Positions 13,650 to 25,479 of a stretch of DNA of 64,000 bases are shown in pieces (within the stretch, counting starts at the first letter, position 1; each line of letters starts with the position of its first letter). The notes beneath the pieces were generated by a model. It did not search any database. It was not told the origin of the DNA and saw only the letters and a list, made by a program, of their open reading frames with translations. The position numbers and the translations under genes were made by a program. The DNA comes from Phoronis australis. Taxonomy: Eukaryota; Animalia; Phoronida. Location: the NCBI GenBank assembly GCA_002633005.1, contig NMRA01000556.1, positions 141,537 to 205,536 of the forward strand, read 5' to 3'.

Positions 13650-14127
13650 TAGACGGTGACTAGTGCTTCATTATGAGATAATAACATAGTGATTGTTGGA
13701 ATTGCTGAAACCCGACAAAAACACAGCTCGGGATTAAATATACTGCGTAACAACGACTTTTGCACCGGCGAACACGTGTCTTCTACAAAAGCGAACTGGC
13801 ATTTCGTAATCTGCATAAATATATAATGAGTCACGTGACCACAGCTCGTGCAGCTTGGAAATCTGTCATGTCAATCCGATTTTGCCGTAGATCTTGGAGT
13901 AAGCATATATCTAGGTTTTGCATAAGGAGACATTCTGAATAAGAGTGTCTTAAGGCGAGGGTTTGCGATATTTGTCGTTCAGTCGTCTGAAAGGCTTTTG
14001 GCAAAACGTCATCAATGGATATGATGCGAGAATTTGGCGACACACCTAGTCCCGGAACGTTGAATGACATGCTTGAAAGATCTGGGAGCAAATTTTTGGA
14101 AAGTAAGTGATTGTTGCTATTTTTCAA
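13650..14127 (-). mobile_element. Decayed LINE reverse-transcriptase fragment
   Basis: Collinear motifs: NHLLSKNLLPD (cf. HL..NNLL..Q.GF), DVLPKAFQT (cf. DLSKAFDT), CQFAFVEDTC (cf. LFADDT) and IFNPELC (cf. LNP.KC). Confidence 0.5.
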
Positions 14128-15074
14128 TTCTGCATGCCCTTTTACTACTTGTATCTGAATAAGAGACCGTTAGGAAATTATAAATTAACGAAACAGTCAT
14201 TATTAAACAAACAACGGTTAAATACGGACACAATAGAATAGAGGAATTAAAAATTCTAATCAGATGTTGCGTTTGTACGTCGTTAATATCAGGCTTGCAT
14301 TCTTGTGCTTAAAAATACCTGTATAAACCAACATAATTAATTTTGCCAGTTAAAACAAAATCTAAATCTTTGTGTGATTTGGGAATGCTACGTCGAATTT
14401 TGCATTTCATTGCGTTTGAATTCTATATCCCATTTAAACTATATGGAACTTGGTGTTAACGAATGTACGGTGTATGCAATACTTGCACAAGAAGATAACC
14501 AAATAAAAGCTATACGTCACTACATAAGCACTTCGTTAGTGACTGTAAAATACCAGCATGAAGCTTGGGTTTTAAGCGTTTTAATCCATAGGAGTGTTTA
14601 ATTGACATGTGGAGATTTTAAAGTTATTGTTGAATTTAACAATGTCAATTTGCTAACATGCAATTAAGTCAAAAGTGCGCGCCATTATTGTTATTGACAT
14701 TTCTTTATCTTTATTGTTTAGTAGGTAAAATGAAGAAGTTAAAATTGTAGTTTGATAACTTTTGACTTAATTACGTTTGTCCGTGGGCCCAAAGTACATA
14801 CGGCGAAAATAAATATACATGATTTATAAAAAATATACTTTGCACTTATAAACCAAGTATCATTTTTGGTCTCTTGACTTAAGTGTTTCTTCATGCATGC
14901 AGTATAAAATACTTATCAGTTCATCGTTAAAGTTAACTTCATTTTCTTCAAGTTATAGCTCTTGTGCGCTAGTGAAATTATTGGTAATTTGTGGTTGTAT
15001 TCAGATCAACAACACTTGATCACAATTTCACGCGATTATCAAACGCTACAGATTTCAATGAAAACGTCAAACTT

Positions 15075-15833
15075 AATCACCGTTCTCTCTTCACCAAAAC
15101 TCCAATCACTCTTTTTATGTGAGCACGTTCGAAGACACTCAGCGCTTTGCTGAAAATTGAAACTGTTAATACAGAAAGCATAAAAATATTTTCCACGCGT
15201 CATTACGCGCAGGAAAATCACAATAAACATCCCCGGCAAAGGAAAGTCGGGTCTTACATGACTTTCCGATTTAGACGTGCCAGTCTTGTTAGTCTATTAG
15301 GCTAGTCATCTGAATACGTAATTAAATTAGAATTGATTTCGAGCCGGCGCAGAGAGACTAACACCCAATTAACGTCCAAACAAATACCACGTCTTGCCCT
15401 ATGTCTCTCAAATACCACGTCTTGCCCTATGTCTTTCATAGTAAACTTGTTCCGTTTGCGAAATTCATGTCGACATTTATTGCAAAACTGGTCTACACGG
15501 TTATGCATATTTAAAAGGATAGGTTAGCATTCTTTGACCTCACAATGGAAAAATGCTAGACTTCCCTCACGTAAAGTTTTGTAAAATATGTTTGCTCGAC
15601 ATTTGGACTTGGTGTTCATTGGTCAAGTTCGACAGCTCTTGAAGTCAATAATACAGTCTAGATTTTTTGAGGAAGGCGGCAAGAACCTCAAACAGAATAT
15701 TGCCAGTTTCCGATGCTTTCACTGTATGAAAACATGTCAAAGGGGTATTTTGGATGTCCGGTTTCAACTTAATTTTATTTTCCAAAATCTTGGATTTTCT
15801 TAGAAAAACAGAGCGGCTTCGACACTCTGTCAC
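15075..15833 (-). mobile_element. Decayed LINE reverse-transcriptase fragment
   Basis: Motifs: KASETGNILF (cf. GV.QG.ILSP), LNMHNRVDQFCNKC (cf. LQ.MLD.L..YC.KW) and ALSVFERAHIKRVIGV (cf. L..F....LKRILGV). Confidence 0.5.
15380..15434. repeat. 26-bp tandem duplication
   Basis: CAAATACCACGTCTTGCCCTATGTCT occurs twice in tandem. Confidence 0.85.
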
Positions 15834-16549
15834 GAATATTTTACGTTCTAGTAGTTAGTTGAGCACCGAAACAGGCTAGGAGGAAAAAATTAAATGCAGT
15901 GTGACCTTATGTCATTAAAAGGAACCTATGGCATAAAGAAAAATAGCAAAAAAATTATACTGTAATGGTCCCTACTACATAGGGGCATTATAGTGGAGAC
16001 TCCTTTTGCAGTTAACTTAATTTAAAACTTTTAATGCGTTGTCAACGCCTTATTTAGTTAATGCAGACCAAATGCAGATCCTACTTTCATTCATATTTTA
16101 TTGCGGATGCGGAATATTTAAGAAAGTTTCGCTGAGGTCTCCTATCACGTTGTACTCGGTAAGATCCATAGGAACAATGGAGTTTACGGTTCCAATCACG
16201 GCACCTCTTATCGATATGCACCCAAGAATCGCTGGAATGCGGTTGACATCATCAATTTTTGATGAGGTGACGTCATCAAATATTGATGAGAACGCGAACC
16301 CGTCAACCGAGAAGAGGCATGTCGTATTGACCTATCAAATAATAATGTCACTCTAACAGGTCCAGTGCGATCAGGTAGATAATAAATTGATGCGCTTTTG
16401 TGGGGTACTTGCCCTCAGTTTTCTTACACGATAAGAACGATTTCTAAAATGTATCACTTGGAATTGAAGTGATCAGCTTTTACTCACAAAGGCGCCACTA
16501 GAGTGTCTGGTTAGATCGACAGATCAGTTCGATAAATGCGAAGTCAAAA

Positions 16550-17300
16550 CTTCGTCACTGAAGTAATGACACAGTTTTTCATGTTCTGCCTTGTCCACAA
16601 CAAGCACTGCTGTACAAACCCAAGCAAATGATTCGCTTGAATTGTTTCCGAAGATTTCTGTACATGTTAACGGTTGGAGGTAGTCATATATGAATGTCCG
16701 TACCCTCTAACGCTATTAAAACCTTGGCAAGTCTCCATTTTCAGTAGATTTTCTTCAAAAACGCTAAAAATCACGCGTGACAAGGGAAATTTGATTCATG
16801 TAAAACGATGCAGCACCGCGTACAGTTTCTGGATGAAAACATGTTTAAATATGTTGGACAAAATTTTGACTACTAATACAATTAAAATTAAATCATTTTT
16901 TTGTAACCTATACATCGACATGAATCTTTTGACAGGGATACACAAAAACTCCATGGCCGCGTGTCTTTGCATGCTCCATCAATGATCGCGGAAAATTCAG
17001 TCGGTATCCCCAGAAAAGCGTGAAACATTGACAATCAAATGCGTAAGTGGACAATCTCAAAACGTTGTAAAAACCCCTAAAATCTTGTCAACTTTCAATT
17101 CCAAACCAATCAAGGCTGGTATAGAAGCAAGTAACCTGCTAACTTTGGGATTTAATTTGAGATGTTCCGATTACAGCACGTCACCGCGCCTGGATTTCGA
17201 ATCATGAATGGTAAATTGCCATACTCGCTGTTAGAAGTTGTCTTTAACTACAAAGCTGGACTTGCTGAGTGGTTTTAAAACCGTAATTAACTCAGCTTTT
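16550..17300 (-). mobile_element. Decayed RTE-like LINE RT fragment
   Basis: Minus-strand motifs in order: YGFK (cf. Q.GFR), YAFDC (cf. KAFD), FLGIPTEFSAIIDGACKDT (cf. YGIP.KF..II..LY.DT) and VLVVDKA (cf. LLYADD). Confidence 0.4.
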
Positions 17301-18312
17301 TCCGACTTCCGCTGCGCAAGTTAGACGCTATTAACTCCGGAAGAGTATCTTTCATGCCACTTAAGAACAAGTCACAGAGGCAGCCAAGGCTATTAATTAG
17401 TGACATTTTCTGGGGAAAGCCTCCTAATTAGGCCAATCCAATTTCAACAGTTTTTGTCATTAGTCCAATTCTTTGGTTTTTATAGAATAACTAAGTTACG
17501 ATAGGTGTCTCAAGTTGAATAATCCTTAAACTCTCGCACCGTGTGAAAACTGGTAATCTGATTAAGATGCGTTTATTTTTCCCAAAAGTTTGAAAGCTTA
17601 AAATGAAACCTCGGAAACTAAGAAGTTTTAACATACGCGCACCAAAAAAAAGCAATTACATGGAATGGCTTTCGTTCAATAAGCAGCAAAGACTTCTTGC
17701 CGTAAGTGGCTCAAGCAACGCAACCCAGGTTGACGCGTGCGCTGGTGGCGCTGAGCAAAAGAGTTTTCTTTTCAATTCATATGTCTTAAAGAAGCTTCTT
17801 AGGGTTACTTTCGTTTTCCGCTTATTTTTAGATCAACTGCTTCTCTTCACCTGATTCTCATTTCAACTCAATGTTTTTGCTAGCTGTAACACCCGAATAA
17901 TTATGGACACACGAAATGTGTCTTAAAAATTATTTGTTTTCATGTATAATCCGTTTAAGTTATGGCTAAATCTCTACAGGATCTCCCAGGTTTTGTTCCA
18001 CGTGCGCTGTTGAAATCGCAATAACCAACTGTGCAGAGCACAAAGAACTAACTAGCGATTAAGTGCAACAACGCCACATTATACTCTGACAAAATTTCGA
18101 CAAAAACGCTATTTCCTCGTGAAAAAAGCTCGATTAAAGAGCCAAGTAATTCTGGAAAGAATTTGTTTTAGTTTGACAAGGCCCGACAAAAATACTATCA
18201 AAGTCTGCCCAGTCTGGAATGTTACTATATTTTGAAAACTTACTGTACTGGTTGTCAAGTGAAAATAAACAAATTGAACTAAAAAATAGAAATATATTGC
18301 GTATCCTTCGGG

Positions 18313-18526
18313 CAATGGCGTAGTCACGAGGTACAACGGGGAGACGACTCCCTTACTGATTACAAAAAATCCTTCCTTCTGTCGAAACCTATTTCAATTT
18401 TGCGCTTTTCCCAACTTATTGAACAGCGCCCCAGGGGGCTACTCGTTTCCGCCCCTCCCCTCCTCCGGCCGACCAACAATTTCGCGTTTGTCCTCCTCCC
18501 ATCTAATACTGCAGGCTACGCCAGTG
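18313..18526. mobile_element. hAT-like MITE
   Basis: The ends CAATGGCGTAGTC and GGCTACGCCAGTG form an imperfect TIR. The TSD is unclear. Confidence 0.5.
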
Positions 18527-19229
18527 GTCGGAGGACTCCTTCATGAGCTTAATGAGAACTGAAACGAAAGGAATCTTTTAAGACAACCTCTTGAAGTGAC
18601 AAAAGATAGCATTTAGTCACATATTTGGTTCAACATTAATAAACTCAGTTTTTAATTTTCAGTCAGCACCGCGCATTTCACATTGCACAGTTCATCAAAT
18701 AATTTGATTTTCATTGTTTGTGTAACAAAATGATCACTTTTGTTCATTTGAGCAATCTTGCTGGTACTAACACAGTGATCGTACTCGTCATTTTATGTGT
18801 TGTCGTCGCTCTTATTGTTGTCTGTTATGCATTGTAATTTCGTTGTTAAAAGCAACAATTTGTAATATCATAATAAATGAGAAATACAGAGAACCCTTCG
18901 ACAAGTTACCTGCAACATCACTCTGAACCCGTCTACCTTCATTATTGGCGCTGATTTATTCATTCTTTCAACTGCCTTCACTTTTTCGCCGTGATAGGAA
19001 ATTTATGTAAATTTTTCTAATGTTTTGTTTTAAAAGGCCATTACGACATTGCAGGTGTGCTTTACCAGTACTTGACAGTTCCACATGATGGATAGCCAAC
19101 CGTAAACGGCCTTGTCCAATTTGATATCTTTTGTATAATGAACTTTTATCTAAATTAGTGGCTTTCCTACTTCACATAGTCTAGTAGAAGATTATACTAA
19201 TCTCTACTGTGCTTGACGGCCGGCAAGGC

Positions 19230-19380
19230 TTCTGGAAGACTTGCACTTTTCAGAACGCGCGCGCGCGTTGCTGACAAGCTTAACATGCGCAATAAAAGAC
19301 GTTTCATCTCGTCTTTAGTACGTAAAGGAAGCTTTTCAGCATCACGCGCGCGCGTTCTGAAAAGTGCAAGTCTTTCAGAA
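19230..19380. repeat. Fold-back inverted repeat (~50-bp arms), probably a MITE
   Basis: TTCTGGAAGACTTGCACTTTTCAGAACGCGCGCGCG...AAGCTT pairs with AAGCTT...CGCGCGCGCGTTCTGAAAAGTGCAAGTCTTTCAGAA. Confidence 0.85.
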
Positions 19381-19559
19381 ACATTCACTCATTGTGTTTG
19401 GTCATGATGCTACTCCATACTCAAAATGGTTGACAGGAATTTAGCATCAATTTAATTCTGTTCTAGGTTGTATCTGTGTTTGTCTTATATGAAATGAGGT
19501 CTTAGTCAATCATATGAAAACTCAGTCTCGAGAAATTGGCTTATGGCAGAAATAAAGTT

Positions 19560-20880
19560 GAAGAACTACAAGTCTCCACGGTCATCTGTAACGCGTCAAC
19601 GCCGATAAATTTTTAGATCTTACAATCGTAACTACTCAATGTTTGGAAAACAAAGAATCAACGAATTGTGCACCAATATTACTAAAAAATCGGCTTGTTA
19701 AAACAATTAAGCAGCCGCATGCTATTAAAGGTGTATGGAGCCCTTGAAAATGACTTGGCAAATTGGCATCGTACATGTATCTTAAATAGGAAAAATCAGA
19801 TTCTTAAGAAACTTTTAGAAACTATACCTAATGCACTTAACTGTTCCTCAAGTTTCCTATGTTTGCACAAGGAGCTACAGGTAGCACTTGTAGGGTGTTA
19901 AACAAAAATATCAAAAGTTGTTTTAAACGAAAACGAAATGATAATTTATAAAACTGTAATGGCGTTTTTGAGATTGCGTTTTGAACATTTATATCAACTA
20001 AAATTTGGCCATGTTTTAAATGCAATTCACCTTTTCTTTTTTGCTAAATTTTACCAAAAACACATGGTTAGATATTTGGCTTAATGTAGACACTTGTGGA
20101 CAATGTCTTCTAAACATACCATAAAGCCATCACAGCGTGTTGCACGTGCCTCCTTATCCTTGACTCACCACGACAACAAACCAGTAGACGACATACTATT
20201 CTTGAAAAACGTGTCAGCATAATTTTAACAAATTCTAAATTCAGAACTCAGTCACCGCCATGGGCAGATCCAAGAGAGGGTACACGGAGTCCGAACTCCA
20301 TTTTTAGTCACAGCGGCAAACCAAACATTGAGGAGAGCGACAATTTTTCATTTGATAACATTTTGTGAACTTCGCATTTTGAAAAACTAGCTTGCACATC
20401 ACAAAGCAAATCAGTTATATGTTTATAAAACACTTTTTGACCCATTGGCGTAGAGATGACGATACTAAATTTCATTACCGGTTTTCTACTCATTGTTTGT
20501 GACACACAATTCGCTTCAAAAACCTGTCGTGTAACTTGGACCTAACCTTTGTAAAAACCTGGATCCGCCTTTGATCACCTTTGCTTCTCAGGGTAGGACG
20601 GCTATCATTTCATGAGCCAAATCAACATCTCACGTTGACATTAACTTACAGCACTCTGTATTATCTTGCACCGGATTACCTAGAACGCAGGTTTGTTACG
20701 GCTTCATCACCTCTGGGGAAAAATACCAGATTTTCGGATCGTGCCAGTGTTCGCCCACCACGTGCACGAACCGTGTACTACGTAGGGGTTCTGAGTGTAC
20801 ATGTGCATTATTCTTGAACAAATTATCTATGAACGTCTGGAGATATCGCTAAGTTGGTTAAAAGTTATTCAGAACTACCT
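19560..20880 (+). mobile_element. Decayed CR1/L2-like LINE 3' part, interrupted by a MITE
   Basis: Upstream motifs LENDLANW and SQRVARASL are followed by LLLRVGRL...YSTLYYLAPDYL..RF...NTR...PPRARTVYY. This matches the typical LINE ORF2 C-terminus (LN.LAP.YL...NTR...PR.RT...WN.LP). Confidence 0.6.
20259..20573. mobile_element. hAT-like MITE nested in the LINE relic
   Basis: TIR CATGGGCAGATCCA / TGGATCCGCCTTTG. The flanks GTCACCGC and ATCACCTT (5/8 identical) may be an eroded 8-bp TSD. Confidence 0.6.
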
Positions 20881-21194
20881 TTTGGTGCTATCAAAAATGA
20901 ATAAAACGAAATCGAAATGGTATTTTAGAACACTATACCAGCGTTTTTGACATTTTGTTTTGAACGTTTATATCAATCGGCATTTGATCAAGTTAATGGT
21001 ACGGTGGTTTTGCTATGAATTTACCTTTCAATTTTGAAAAGTTCTTCTAGTAACGCACGGTCATGTGACCCGATTCACTACACATTTTTGTAAAATCACA
21101 ATCTAGATTTCAGCTCTGTGAAAGTTATATTTTTTAAAATTACCAAACCTGTTGTGTAGATATTTGACTAAATACGCAGCCTCGCCGATAAGGC

Positions 21195-21309
21195 ACTAAA
21201 TAGCCATCAACATCACTCCACATACTAAATAGCCATCAACCTCACTCCACATACTAAATAGCCATCAACCTCACTCCACATACTAAAGAGCCATCAACCT
21301 CACTCCACA
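21195..21309. repeat. Minisatellite, 29-bp unit x4
   Basis: ACTAAATAGCCATCAACCTCACTCCACAT in tandem, with no spacers. Confidence 0.95.
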
Positions 21310-24300
21310 ATTTCTTATGCAGACTATTCTCGATGACATTTTAGAAACAGTTTATTGTGTTTTGACCACACCCATCCTGACTCTTGTAATAATTGAGTAG
21401 TTGGATTCATGTGTGTATGCGATACTTTTAAAGTATTTCATTATTATTTGTAATATATTGTCCGCACCGTGTAGGAGAGCACGCATAAGCTTCATTGATT
21501 TATGTGGCTGTATAAGCTAATCATCTACGCAGAATACAATTTTTGTCGTTTTCACCATCACCACCGTCATGAGTCCTCCGTCGTCGCCATTATGTTCCAA
21601 ACAGAGTGTATTTTAAATGTTTGACGTTTTCCACGTGAAAACAAGGTGTAAATTATTTCAAATTAAATAGTAGTCACAGCTTTTGAAACATCTACGAGTA
21701 CTTACCAAAACATTTTGTTACATAAATGTTCAAACTGTGTCTACCTCCAGGAATTTGTCAAACAAGATTACCACACGATGTTGCAGTATATCACCTTTGT
21801 CAATTTTTTCTTCTTCAGAAACCGTACAGTTGCAACAGATTTTTTGTTAATTACTGTCTGAAAAGTGCCAACAAATTCGGGCCATTTAGATCAGTTGGTA
21901 TTCACAAATAATAGTAACTAGTTTCGTTAAGCTTAGGACAGAAGACTTAAATGAAAGAAAATAGACATCAGTGAAATACAAATCCCGAGAAAAATAATGG
22001 AGTGGCATTTTTGCCGATTTTAAATAAAATTGTTACTAATAATAATCTTTGCTTACGCGTACAAGGCTCGTTAAACAATATTGAGAGAATTGAAACAACA
22101 ACCGTCTCACTGTCTTCTAAAATCTTCACGCTGGTAACATCTATATACATTAAATAATCAGACACTAATTACTGGAGTCTATTGAAATATATATGCTAAC
22201 CGCTACGTGGTCAGGATTTTTTCCTAAGCATGCTACTTTCTCCGGCCAGGCTTTATGTAAACAATATTTCTAATTTTGCGAAGATGCATCTTACCGATTT
22301 TGATATATATTTAGACGTTAAACTGGCAACAGAAAGGTTTTGGGCCAAATTATAAAACCATTGTAAACAGCGTCAGTGGGTTCTCATGAAACACTACATG
22401 GAAATATACGTTTAACTTCGCTTAAGCACACCCAACGGATTTCGCTGACTTTAAAGTCCTTATCTCAAAGGTCAATCTAGTATAAAAACTTAAGAATATA
22501 TACCAAATTAAGTAATATGTAACACGGCATATCCTTTCTGTTATCAAACGAAAAGCCTTTTTGAGAACAGTTTTGTACCTCGGCCGAGACAAAGATTTTA
22601 TAGATAGTATCTTTTGGCCGAGATCAGAAAATCCTCGACTGTTCCCGTTAAGTTCCGTGACCCGAGTTCCTGAGCATCAGTTAAGAAGGAACGATTAATG
22701 AATCACGGCCATGTTGTCCTTGAAAGCGTATTGACATTGCCGTGAGTGTAAATGCGTTGTTACGTTGTTTAGTTGTTTTTGATTCTAATTTTGGTTCTTT
22801 TTATACAAACTTGATTTAGTATTGTCCAAATTGCATATGACGAATGGTATTTAAGGAATAATCACAAGTTTGTGAAGTGCGTCACATCTCCTGCAGCTAA
22901 CACTCGACTACTGAGGTTAGCCCTTCACGACTCAAATTTCGCCAACGGTACATAATAAATTAGAGGAAACACTTTTTAAATCAGCAAACGTGTTATCTTC
23001 ATTGCCATATCGTGAAAGTGATGCCAAGTACCAGCCTGAGTGAGAAATAGCCGCGTGACTACCCGGACGTGTGAATGCACGTGACAACAAATCGGCACCG
23101 GATTTAGTGCCCGTTCTAAAATGTGAAATAGAAAAAAAAAATCCTCACACGGCGATTTTTCAACAAACAAAAACAAGTTTTATCTCAAAACAGTGAGCTC
23201 CCTCCTCACATGCAACAACGCACACCTGTGCTTGATTTTGCTGCCCGGACAGGGTAAACGGCGAAGTAATTCCCTTGTACTTACCGTGGCGCTTTGTCAG
23301 GAATATAATCACTTGCTTAACTAAATTTTAAAATCTGACAAAAACTTACAATAAATCCCTATGTAAACATATAAATTCCGCGACGCAAACGGGGGATATT
23401 GAATTGTAGTCAATGAGCCTAATGTCGGCGATGGGAAAATATTGCAGTGTTAGGAGCATGACGCAGTATTTCTTAATCTTTGTCACACGAATTTTATTCA
23501 TTCAAGGCCCGGGCAGCTAATTAATGTGTTCATATTGCCCAGCACACCACAAATGTCCTCGCGCGGCAGCCCAGACGGTCCAGATCCGCCGGGTATCAGC
23601 TTATACGAATGTTTGTATGTGAGTGGGAATTATTCCTTTTATTTTAAATTCATCAATACTTTCATTATACCATTTGGCGCCATGGCAAGTTTTCTTACTG
23701 AAGTTGTTTCGCTGCCAAATGGTATTCTGTCGTTCACTGTTGGCAGCCTCCTGCCCGTAACGGAAGTCGCGGGAGACCACTGCCGGTATCTTAGTTTTCA
23801 CCTAAACATATTTTCGTAATTTTCACAAGTTTAATCGTCAGAACATTATAACTGTATAGCAATTTTATTCAAATACTTTGAAATTGCGTGTTCATTGTTC
23901 TGTTAAATACACTCGGTGAAACACGCTTAGCCTAGTCACCGTAGTCAGTCTGGTTATTCAGTCGTTGGCAGTGTCTGATTTTTTTGTGTATGCGGCATTT
24001 ATGATTTGAACCATTTATTTTGATAAGACAGCCGGGGACGACATGCCATCGACTTTCGCCAGTGCAGTGCTATAGGTCGGTCCGCACCGGGTCATCAGTT
24101 GCAGGTCCGAGTCCGGCAAAATAATTTCTATCAAAATTTATGTAGCCACATTTTGTCAACAGTTTCAATACAAATTGTTCATGCTTTGGTTTTATTAAAG
24201 TTATGGTTCGCTGTCGTTTATTTTATCCCCGTCTACAGGCTGGTAACAGACGCAGCTCCAATCGAACATCCGGCGTTCTTAAGCCTGGGTTCCTGAATGA

Positions 24301-25165
24301 ATTGTACTTCCGGTTTCGCGGTTATTTCAAAATGGCGGCGTTTTTCGGTTCAGAATCAAAAGTGGAGCTTTTATTTAAACTTTCTTTGAGTACGGATTGT
24401 GTATTGGTTAAATGATAGGCACTGCTTGATTCTTTATAAATTCTTCTAACTATTTAAAAACGTGTGCTAATAGGACATTAATGCGATGGCTTTTAAAATT
24501 ACTGTGGTCTGTTTCAATAAGACTTGAGCCAGAAATTTGATCTTATGATCCACATAACTGTTCTTGAAAAATATTGTAATTGAATTTAGCAGAACACTAA
24601 GCTATCTGAGACTATACTAACGATTGTTAATTATTTGCACGCAGTCACGTGCTAATGATCACAACACTAAACCTTCATGTTTGGTTGTTTTGAAGTGGGA
24701 GCAGACGCCAAAAATATCTCCACAAATACACGTACCGTGTGTTTTTTTTTCAAAAAGCGTGTAATTATTTGTTTTCGTGACATGAAAGCGCACGCTCTTA
24801 ATCTTCTTGTTTAGAGATGTGTTCAACCAGCATTCCGTGTCTTTTAATCAACTTTGACCTAAAAAGTATCGCTTGATTGAGTACACGTCAACGTCAATCA
24901 TTTTCTAGCGACCGTTTTGTGATGCTTGACGGCCATCAATAAAAAGCATTTAGCGGTTCACAAGGAAAAAAACAAACTGAAATATATTTGCCATTCGTTT
25001 TTAGAAGTTTTTCTGAAAGCAGCCTTTGAATAGATATTGACAAATCTTCAGTTTGAAGAAATGCGTAAGAACAGTTAAAGCTATCATAATCCCAAGCGAA
25101 CTTTTAAATTTGATCAGTTGCCTCTTTAAAATAGTCCTCAGCGTGTTCCTTGCTTTGATGAGTTC

Positions 25166-25479
25166 GTTGAAAACACCACTAAACTTTTTTTTTGAAAGCT
25201 TGATACTAGTTCGCTGGTAATGTCGGAACAATCTCTTTCTTGAGGTGTGCAGCTATGTAGTAAAACATCGAGAGACATGTCAAATTAAAACACTAGCTTT
25301 ATTATTATTATTTGCCTGATAATGATACATGTTGTCTCGAAATAAAGCTAGTGTTTTAATTTGACATGTCTCTCGGTGTTTTACTACATAGCTGCACACC
25401 TGAACAAAGGAGATTGTTCCGATAATACGAGCGATACAGTATCAAGCTTGCAAACAAAAACTTAAGTCGTGTTTTCAAC
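25166..25479. repeat. Long inverted repeat (~138-bp arms, 37-nt loop)
   Basis: 25166-25303 is the reverse complement of 25341-25479. The inner 61 bp has a single mismatch. Confidence 0.95.

Noticed and set aside
16808-16830. REST/NRSE-like motifs (GCAGCACCGCGTACAG, also AGCACCACGGAG at ~57201)
   Set aside because: Only partial matches, and both lie inside transposon-derived sequence.
21195-21309. 29-30 bp repeats (also 28096-28185) as a CRISPR-like array
   Set aside because: The units are head-to-tail with no unique spacers, the context is eukaryotic, and there are no cas genes.
24300-24415. CTTCCGG plus CAAAATGGCGGCG, resembling a housekeeping-gene start
   Set aside because: The ORF closes after about 27 codons with no splice donor. 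Such ETS/YY1 motifs are common in transposon ends.
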